IMG/VR virus record: IMGVR_UViG_3300027974_000025
Length of the DNA stretch: 10,789 nucleotides
Strand: one strand, 5' to 3'
From: a virus
Lineage: Duplodnaviria > Heunggongvirae > Uroviricota > Caudoviricetes
Shown here: positions 1 to 5,944 of the stretch, in pieces
Layout: each line of letters begins with the position of its first letter
How positions within the stretch are numbered: position 1 is the stretch's first letter
Translations under genes and position numbers: made by a program
Notes under the pieces: model-generated
Told to the model about the DNA's origin: nothing
The model's input: the letters and a program-made list of their open reading frames with translations, nothing else
Databases searched by the model: none

Positions 1-819
1 TACAAGGATTCAGGAGACGTAAGTCAGTATTTAGGAGTTTATATTCCTATTCTACGTCCTTATTGCTTAATGAGATATTTCCAGGACAATCCTGATATGG
101 TCACCAAAGCAGTGTTTTACTGTGACTGTGACGTAATCTTTACAGATAAATTTGATGTTGACAAGTTTAAAGATGATGATGTAAACTACTTGTCTGATAC
201 AAACAGCTATATCAATGCTTCATATTTTGATAGTAAATTAAGAGATGTCTTATTAGATAAGGTGGAAGAATACCAAACTAGAGATGTCTTAGCTGAGCTT
301 ACAAGCTTAGTGGGTATAACAAGAGAGATAGCTGAAGCTAACAATGATCACTCAGGAGGAGCTCAATATTTCCTTAAGAACATAGACGCTAACTTCTGGA
401 AGAAGGTGATGAATGATTGTGTACTTATTCGTACATATCTTCAGAACATAAACAAAGAGTTCTTTAAAGATGAGAACGCAGGGTTCCAAAGCTGGTGTGC
501 AGATATGTGGGCTGTGTTATGGAACATTTGGCTTAGAGAACAAGAAGCAAAGAACATTCCTGAAATGGAATTCTGTTGGTCTTCAGATCCTATAGAGAAG
601 CTTGATAGAACAACTATATTACATAACGCAGGTATTACAGGACAAAGCAGTATGGGATATCCTGCTTTCTATAAAGGAGCATATCACACTGGTAAAGATC
701 CTTTTCTAGATACACACGTACTAAAAGTGCTTAGTGATGAGACTTCTAAAAAATATGCCACTTATTACTACACTAGACAACTAACAGAAATAAAAAATAA
801 ATATAACCTTAACTATTAA
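1..819 (+). CDS. GT-A fold glycosyltransferase, 5'-truncated, with motifs resembling GT95/GT96 (HPAT/SERGT1-like) protein O-glycosyltransferases
   Basis: The frame is open from base 1 (YKDSGDVSQYLGVYIPILRPYCL precedes the tracked Met at 70), so the true start lies outside the window. DxD motif in VFYCDCDVIF after a hydrophobic strand. YIPILRPY, SWCADMWAV and ILHNAG resemble remembered GT95/96 segments. Confidence 0.7.
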   Translation, partial: YKDSGDVSQYLGVYIPILRPYCLMRYFQDNPDMVTKAVFYCDCDVIFTDKFDVDKFKDDDVNYLSDTNSYINASYFDSKLRDVLLDKVEEYQTRDVLAELTSLVGITREIAEANNDHSGGAQYFLKNIDANFWKKVMNDCVLIRTYLQNINKEFFKDENAGFQSWCADMWAVLWNIWLREQEAKNIPEMEFCWSSDPIEKLDRTTILHNAGITGQSSMGYPAFYKGAYHTGKDPFLDTHVLKVLSDETSKKYATYYYTRQLTEIKNKYNLNY

Positions 820-836
820 CCTAATTAAACAAAATT

Positions 837-1340
837 ATGGGAAGCAATAAAAATTTAAAAGCTTATGTTCGCTACGATGGTAGTGGCAGAGTAGTTCCAG
901 GTAGTTTAATACTACGTAGAAACAAACCAAAAGTGGGTAACTTTCAGCAAGTACAGGGCTATGAATGTAATAGCGGTGGTACATCTTATCGAGTTGTAGC
1001 AACTGCTTCAGGTGCTGTATCAAGTGTTATCACTTACAGATCTGGTGTTGACAACAGTACACAAACTGTAAATTTAGTTGGTACTAACTTATTAGTGGCT
1101 ACTATTTGTGCTGTAACTGGTTCTGTGTCTGCTACAAATGCTGTTGGAACTACAACAGTTATTACAGCAGGAGCTGGTTGTTCATGTTCTGCTTCAGATC
1201 CTGCAGTGAGCTTTAGTAATACAACTACTACCACTACATCATCTACTAGTACAACAACCACTACATCATCTACTAGTACAACAACTACAACAACAACTAG
1301 ACCTGTTACTACTACAACAACAACAACTAGTGGTGGATAA
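837..1340 (+). CDS. Putative virion/surface protein: N-terminal module, beta-rich Cys-containing domain, Thr/Ser mucin-like tail
   Basis: A-rich leader then ATG; ends in tandem TAA TAA. aa 7-39 align without gaps to aa 10-42 of the 3198 ORF. aa 45-128 are V/T/S/A/G-rich, with Cys44, 91, 115 and 117. aa 129-165 are almost all Thr/Ser. No signal peptide. Confidence 0.75.
   Translation: MGSNKNLKAYVRYDGSGRVVPGSLILRRNKPKVGNFQQVQGYECNSGGTSYRVVATASGAVSSVITYRSGVDNSTQTVNLVGTNLLVATICAVTGSVSATNAVGTTTVITAGAGCSCSASDPAVSFSNTTTTTTSSTSTTTTTSSTSTTTTTTTRPVTTTTTTTSGG
1221..1330 (+). repeat. Coding tandem repeat: two perfect 27-bp units plus ACA/ACT trinucleotide runs
   Basis: ACCACTACATCATCTACTAGTACAACA at 1230-1256 and 1257-1283 (each encodes TTTSSTSTT). 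ACTACAACAACAACTAG at 1284-1300 recurs at 1311-1330 with one extra ACA. Confidence 0.95.
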
Positions 1341-1355
1341 TAAAACCAATATATA

Positions 1356-1772
1356 ATGGCACTTAAATCACTATTTCCTGATGAGATGATGAAATCAGGA
1401 GAATTAAATTTGGAAACAATAGCTGGGAAGCTTTCTTTCTTTTATGAGCAATTACATCTATTACATTGGCAAACTACATCATTTGCTGAGCATGAAGCTT
1501 TAGGTAAACTGTATGATAAGGTGGGAGATTTACAAGATGAGATTGTAGAAAAAATTATGGGCTATGCAGGCAAAAGAGTTAAAGCATTTAAAATTGATGC
1601 TTTGAAAGATTATGCTTCAGGTATGTCTAATAAAGTGGTAAAAGACCTAGTTTCTTTTGCAAAAGATCTTGAAGAGTTTGGAGAAGAAAACAACATGCCT
1701 GATATTGAAAATGTAGCTCAAAGCTTGTCTGGAGAAGCTGCTCAAACATTGTATCGTTTAAGTTTGTCTTAA
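1356..1772 (+). CDS. Dps/ferritin-like four-helix bundle protein (phage type)
   Basis: LHLLHWQTTSFAEHEALGKLYDKVGDLQDEIVE carries the Dps pattern HW...H...D-x3-E (His37, Trp38, His46, Asp61, Glu65). 138 aa with helical periodicity. Confidence 0.8.
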   Translation: MALKSLFPDEMMKSGELNLETIAGKLSFFYEQLHLLHWQTTSFAEHEALGKLYDKVGDLQDEIVEKIMGYAGKRVKAFKIDALKDYASGMSNKVVKDLVSFAKDLEEFGEENNMPDIENVAQSLSGEAAQTLYRLSLS

Positions 1773-2065
1773 TGCAAATAAATAAGAAATTCTTTCCTGA
1801 GGTGATGCAAGATAATGAAATAGCTTATTTTGCACACCTTGAGGGAGTTATATCATCTGTAGACGAACTGTCTACACTTGAAATAACTAAGAATCCACAT
1901 TCGTATCACTTTAGACTAGCACCTTCATTGCCTATGTACAATGACATGCTATTGCAGGAGATATTGAAGTTACATAATATGTTTAAGATTAGACTAAACC
2001 TATCTAAAAGTATCAAAAGTTCAGCAACTATAACGTTTGAAATAAATTTGGAAGATACGCAATAA
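1772..2065 (+). CDS. Hypothetical protein
   Basis: TAATG overlap with the upstream gene; 97 aa; no recognised motif. Confidence 0.75.
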   Translation: MQINKKFFPEVMQDNEIAYFAHLEGVISSVDELSTLEITKNPHSYHFRLAPSLPMYNDMLLQEILKLHNMFKIRLNLSKSIKSSATITFEINLEDTQ

Positions 2066-2078
2066 ATGCATATCTTTG
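2047..2078 (+). promoter_or_regulatory. Bacteroidota primary-sigma promoter (-33/-7 type)
   Basis: TTTG at 2047-2050, a 20-nt spacer, then TATCTTTG at 2071-2078, matching TTTG-N(19-21)-TAnnTTTG. The -7 box lies in the largest intergenic gap, 24 nt upstream of the ATG at 2103. Confidence 0.8.
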
Positions 2079-2102
2079 TGACTAAACCAAAAAAACAATT
2101 AT

Positions 2103-2381
2103 ATGTCAGAGATTATCAATTTTGAAGAAGTTCAACAAGAACCTCAAACTCCTAAGTTTGATCCAACTAAAAAGTACACATGGGAAAAAGATACCCAGTT
2201 TGTATTAGATGGTGGACAATTTGGAATGTTATTGAACGCACTACGTGCAGTTATTAATACAAAGGAAGCACAAACTATTCTATTAGCTAAACAAGCAGGA
2301 GATGTTCTTGAAGAGGCATTGGCTGCTGCAGTTGAAGTTGGTATAGTAGTAGAGGTTCCTGAAAATAAAGCTAGTTTATAA
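2103..2381 (+). CDS. Hypothetical acidic protein
   Basis: A-rich leader; 92 aa, Glu-rich, helical C-terminal half; first gene after the promoter. Confidence 0.8.
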   Translation: MSEIINFEEVQQEPQTPKFDPTKKYTWEKDTQFVLDGGQFGMLLNALRAVINTKEAQTILLAKQAGDVLEEALAAAVEVGIVVEVPENKASL

Positions 2382-2530
2382 TGGCAAAAGAAATGATTAA
2401 ACGTAAAGATGGCTCTGTTTCACAGCGTGGTCTTTGGGACAATATTAGAGCTGCTAAAGGATCTGGAAAGAAGCCTACAGCTGCTATGTTAAAACAAGAG
2501 AAGAAAATAAAAGCTAAAACTAAAAAATAA
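2381..2530 (+). CDS. Small basic phage protein, 49 aa (not in the ORF track)
   Basis: ATG at 2381 overlaps the upstream TAA, and its TAA at 2528-2530 overlaps the next ATG. Translation: MAKEMIKRKDGSVSQRGLWDNIRAAKGSGKKPTAAMLKQEKKIKAKTKK. It fills the 2382-2529 gap exactly. Confidence 0.9.
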   Translation: MAKEMIKRKDGSVSQRGLWDNIRAAKGSGKKPTAAMLKQEKKIKAKTKK

Positions 2531-2874
2531 TGGCAACTGTAAAAAAAGATAGAATGGGTAGTCTTTCAGGAATGAAAGCTTCTGATAAGCGTGTAGGTCC
2601 TGTTGACCCTCAAGGTGCTTGGACTAAAGTTCAAGAAGCTACCTTAGCAGGTGCTAAAGGCAAAGCTAAGTTAACTATGGATAAAGAACTTGGTGCTACT
2701 AAGATGGCAAAGAATGGACGTTCTGAAAAGCAATTTGGTCTTGATAAGAAGCAAGCAGCTACAAAAGAAGTTAATCCAGCAAGTTTTAGAAAAGCAGCAT
2801 TAAAGCGTGAATCTGAATTAATAGAGAAGCGTAGTGGTGAAATGGCTCCTAAGTTAAAATCTAAAAAGAAATAA
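2530..2874 (+). CDS. Lys-rich basic hypothetical protein
   Basis: TAATG coupling; K/A/G/M-rich; contains KMAKNG and KRVGPVDPQ. Confidence 0.8.
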   Translation: MATVKKDRMGSLSGMKASDKRVGPVDPQGAWTKVQEATLAGAKGKAKLTMDKELGATKMAKNGRSEKQFGLDKKQAATKEVNPASFRKAALKRESELIEKRSGEMAPKLKSKKK

Positions 2875-2875
2875 C

Positions 2876-3196
2876 ATGGCAACAATTCAAAAACCTAAGA
2901 AAGCTGCTCCTAAAATGGTACCAGGTGAAATGACTGGTAAAATGTACAAGAAGTCTGAAATAGATGAGATTGTTAGAAAACAAGCTGCTGAATTAGACAA
3001 GTCTGGTGTATTTGGTAAAGCTGCTATGGCTAAGAAGAAAGCTCCTAAAGCTAAAGATGGTAAATGGATTCAAAAAGCTGTTAACCCTAAACATAAAGGA
3101 TATTGTACACCAATGACCAAAGCTACATGTACTCCTAAGCGTAAAGCTTTAGCTAAGACATTTAAAGCAATGGGCAAAGCTCGTAAAAGTAAATAA
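2876..3196 (+). CDS. Lys-rich basic hypothetical protein
   Basis: One-base spacing to neighbours; KAKDG followed by KWIQKAVNPKHKGYCTPMTKATCTPKRKALAKTFKAM. Confidence 0.8.
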   Translation: MATIQKPKKAAPKMVPGEMTGKMYKKSEIDEIVRKQAAELDKSGVFGKAAMAKKKAPKAKDGKWIQKAVNPKHKGYCTPMTKATCTPKRKALAKTFKAMGKARKSK

Positions 3197-3197
3197 T

Positions 3198-4178
3198 ATG
3201 GCAACAACAAACCCAAATATCCCTTTAAAGCCTTATGCAAGGTTTAACAGAAATGGAGATATAGTTCCAGGAAGCCTTGGTTTATTTAGAGGTGCTCCCA
3301 CTGTTGGTATCTGGAAAGAGATGCAACCTATAGAGTATTTTAATAAAACTACTAAAAGTTATAGTGGAGTGATTAATGCCAAATATCCAAATGCATTATT
3401 AGCTAATAATATTGCTTATAGTTTAGTAAGATTTCTTGATACTTTAGGTGCTGATGCATACAATACTGTTTTGAATTCTACAGTTTGTTCAGATGATGTT
3501 AATGCTTCTGAGTTTGCTAATATATTTAACATAGGTCAAAATCCTCCAGCATTAAATAACTATCTTGGACCATTCATGGGTGGTGGTCTTGCTGGATATC
3601 CTCATACAGGTATATTAGGAGCACAAGCTTGGCAAAGTCACACTACATCAAATAATAATGCAAATGGACCATTATTGTTAATTAACATGCCTCATATAGG
3701 AATTACACAACAAGCTGATCTTGTTGTAGCTAATGATAATGTAGGTAGAATGTTAAGAAGAGGTAAGAGTTCTGCTACAAGTGATAATACATGTGGAGCT
3801 GTTGCTACAGCTATTGCTGATGCAATTACATTAAATGGTGTTGCACCAGTGGCTACAAATGCTCCTTTTGTAAACAATTATCAAAGATATCAACTTGCAT
3901 TAATTGTTTATGGCTCTTATGCTTATTATAATGCTCACACATATTCAGAGAATATGATTCAAGCTACAGAACTTATAAGAGTTGCAAGTTATAACATCTT
4001 ACATAATACAATCATTCCTGCATTAGGATCTGTAAACAATTTATATTTATTTAGTGGTACATTTATTAATGCTGATGATGGTTATTCTGCATTTATTAAT
4101 TTTAATTCATTGGAAGTGAGAACTGGTTCAACTTGGACATCTCTTACAACAAACTTTTCAAATTTTATAAATGGCTAG
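3198..4178 (+). CDS. LCIB-family (theta-type, beta-CA fold) carbonic anhydrase homologue fused to an N-terminal module
   Basis: Family motifs in the right order: YPNAL; NTVLNSTVCSDD (Cys97, Asp99); GPFMGGGLAGYPHTG...SH; LLLINMPHIGI (His166); VGRMLRRG; CGAV (Cys199); LYLFSGTFIN. This is the Cys/His/Cys zinc triad plus Asp and Arg of LCIB/C proteins. Confidence 0.85.
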   Translation: MATTNPNIPLKPYARFNRNGDIVPGSLGLFRGAPTVGIWKEMQPIEYFNKTTKSYSGVINAKYPNALLANNIAYSLVRFLDTLGADAYNTVLNSTVCSDDVNASEFANIFNIGQNPPALNNYLGPFMGGGLAGYPHTGILGAQAWQSHTTSNNNANGPLLLINMPHIGITQQADLVVANDNVGRMLRRGKSSATSDNTCGAVATAIADAITLNGVAPVATNAPFVNNYQRYQLALIVYGSYAYYNAHTYSENMIQATELIRVASYNILHNTIIPALGSVNNLYLFSGTFINADDGYSAFINFNSLEVRTGSTWTSLTTNFSNFING

Positions 4179-4590
4179 TATTAAGAAACCTGGTCCCTAT
4201 AATCCACAGAAAGCTTCTGCTTATGTAGGTAAAGGAGTTCTCAGAAATGGGGACACTCTAACTTCTATCAAAGGTTCTATCACTCCTGTTCCTAATGGTC
4301 ATCTAATTAAAAAAGATGGCACATCATTAAAGAATGGTGGTAAGACAAAAGCTATTGTTAAAGCTGGTGGTCAAACACATAAAGTATTTAAGAAGAAAGT
4401 TGATAAGGGTATAGGTGATAAAGGAGACATAGTTGTAGATCATACAGCTGGTCCTTCTGCAGGTAAATGGGACAAGATTAACCTCACTGAAAAGTCTAAA
4501 GCTAAAACTGTTAAACAAGGTGTTGCTTCTGTTAAGAAATGGCATAGAGAGAACCCTAACTATGGTAAAAAGCCATTAAAAAAGAAGTGA
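4171..4590 (+). CDS. Lys/Gly-rich basic hypothetical protein
   Basis: 8-nt overlap with the upstream gene; several K-x-G motifs; a possibly folded C-terminal part (GDIVVDH...KWDKINLT...KKWHRENP). Confidence 0.8.
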   Translation: MASIKKPGPYNPQKASAYVGKGVLRNGDTLTSIKGSITPVPNGHLIKKDGTSLKNGGKTKAIVKAGGQTHKVFKKKVDKGIGDKGDIVVDHTAGPSAGKWDKINLTEKSKAKTVKQGVASVKKWHRENPNYGKKPLKKK

Positions 4591-5015
4591 TGGACATTAA
4601 AGAATTTGATATGGATAAGTACATCTTACTAATTGGTAAGAATGCTACTGACATATTCAAATACTATAAGGTTAAAGAAATGCATGGGCTAAATCTAAAA
4701 GATGCCCAAGCAGAAGAGGTTGATAAGACAAAAGGTAACGGAGTGTACATCTATGGGCTTACTAATTATGACCCAGCAGATAAAAAGCTTATAGCTAAAG
4801 ATCCTTATAAGCCCTTTTTATTCTTAAACATGGGAACGTTTAAAAAATACAGTGCTGATGAACAGAAGACAGCAATAATGCATGAAACTATGCACATGGC
4901 TCTTCTTCTATACAAATGGGATGCTGAGAAGAAATCAGAAGAGATAGTCACAATGGCTGAGGATGAGGCCAATAAGATTATTAGAAAACTTAAAGGTATT
5001 AAACTTATAAAGTAA
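4590..5015 (+). CDS. Small HExxH (zincin-like) putative metallopeptidase
   Basis: PFLFLN strand, then AIMHETMHMAL and downstream EEIVTMAE. Start is most likely the ATG at 4590 (TGATG overlap) rather than the GTG at 4587. Confidence 0.6.
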   Translation: MDIKEFDMDKYILLIGKNATDIFKYYKVKEMHGLNLKDAQAEEVDKTKGNGVYIYGLTNYDPADKKLIAKDPYKPFLFLNMGTFKKYSADEQKTAIMHETMHMALLLYKWDAEKKSEEIVTMAEDEANKIIRKLKGIKLIK

Positions 5016-5269
5016 TGGCAAAGACTGAAGCTTGGCAACGTAAGGAAGGTAAGAATCCTTCTGGTGGCCTAAATGCAAAAGGTAGGGCTTCCTACAACAG
5101 AGCTAATCCAGGTAAGCCTGGTCTTAAAGCTCCACAACCTGAGGGAGGTTCTAGAAAGAAATCATTCTGTGCTAGGATGAGTGGTATGAAAAAGAAACTA
5201 ACAAGTTCAAAGACTGCTAATGATCCTAACAGTAGAATTAATAAGTCACTTCGTAAATGGAAATGCTAA
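5015..5269 (+). CDS. Conserved basic phage protein (DUF6321-like, from recollection)
   Basis: AWQRKEGKNPSGGLNAKGRASYN...RKKSFCARM...SRINKSLRKWKC is a pattern I recognise from many aquatic phage genomes. TAATG coupling. Confidence 0.75.
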   Translation: MAKTEAWQRKEGKNPSGGLNAKGRASYNRANPGKPGLKAPQPEGGSRKKSFCARMSGMKKKLTSSKTANDPNSRINKSLRKWKC

Positions 5270-5288
5270 CAATTTAAAATTATAAAAA

Positions 5289-5735
5289 ATGGCAAAGATG
5301 AAAAAGGCTCAATCTGGTGATATGGTATCAAAAATAAAATCAGCTGCTAAAAAAGCAGATTCAACTGTTCGTAAAACAGGCATGAACTTTGACAAGAAAA
5401 GTTTTGATTCATTACCTAAAATGAAAACTAAAGCTAAATCTGGTGGAGAATTTGGTATGTTATCAGTGAAAGCTGGTATTGACAAAAACCCTAATCCTAC
5501 ACAAGCAGATAGAATTGCAGGTGCTAAGGGTATGGCTAAGTCTGGTAAGAAAGTTGCTAAGCAAGCTGCTATTGCAATTGCTATGAAGAAAGAAGGTAAA
5601 GTACCTAAGAAGATGATGAAAGCTGGTGGCACTGTATCTATGCAACTTGGTAGTTATGACAGACAAATTGGTAAAAACTACACTGGTAAAGCTAAGATGG
5701 GTAAATCTGTTGGTAAGTGTAAAAATGGTTGCTAA
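5289..5735 (+). CDS. Lys/Met/Ala/Gly-rich basic protein with repeated K-x-G motifs
   Basis: A-rich leader; seven (K/M)x(K/Q)xG motifs; includes KQAAIAIAM and GMLSVKAGIDKNPNPTQADRIAGA segments; ends KCKNGC. Confidence 0.8.
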   Translation: MAKMKKAQSGDMVSKIKSAAKKADSTVRKTGMNFDKKSFDSLPKMKTKAKSGGEFGMLSVKAGIDKNPNPTQADRIAGAKGMAKSGKKVAKQAAIAIAMKKEGKVPKKMMKAGGTVSMQLGSYDRQIGKNYTGKAKMGKSVGKCKNGC

Positions 5736-5941
5736 TGAAATCAGCTAAGGTGAGTGTTAAACAAGCAAAGTCAGTAAAGCCAATGACTGCAGGTAAAGCT
5801 AAAGGATCAGGTACACCAAGACCTGCACCTAAGGTGGCTCCTCCTAAACCAGTTGATGGTAATTATATGAAGGAAGCTGATACAAAGCTTAGATTGAGAA
5901 GTAAGAATTGGCCTATGAAACAAAAGAGATTATCAAAATAA
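5735..5941 (+). CDS. Lys/Pro-rich basic hypothetical protein
   Basis: Start is most likely the ATG at 5735 (TAATG overlap) rather than the TTG at 5729. The stop lies just before the terminator. Confidence 0.75.
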   Translation: MKSAKVSVKQAKSVKPMTAGKAKGSGTPRPAPKVAPPKPVDGNYMKEADTKLRLRSKNWPMKQKRLSK

Positions 5942-5944
5942 AAG

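Noticed and set aside
835-1261. Minus-strand ORFs 835-1023 and 1034-1261
   Set aside because: Antisense shadows of the 837-1340 gene; the poly-Val run is the reverse reading of the Thr codons.
1221-1330. Possible CRISPR array or non-coding repeat
   Set aside because: The units are contiguous with no spacers, in frame, and fully explained by Thr/Ser codons.
147-1412. Other TAnnTTTG matches (147-154, 1405-1412; also 2043-2050 on + and 9625-9632 on -)
   Set aside because: All are inside genes with no TTTG at -33 spacing; such matches are expected by chance in AT-rich DNA.
4171-4590. Stop-codon reassignment (TAG/TGA), as in some Bacteroidota phages
   Set aside because: Conserved genes (dut, phoH, recA segment, GT2) are intact in the standard code. 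The lone TAG (4176-4178) and the TGA stops overlap downstream starts as normal ends, and reading through the TAG would add only two residues.
2631-5666. Minus-strand ORFs 2631-2885, 3692-3877, 4327-4545, 4805-5038, 5309-5632 and 5463-5666
   Set aside because: They lie opposite coupled + strand genes. Their Phe/Leu richness mirrors Lys codons on the other strand, and they show no motifs or coupling.
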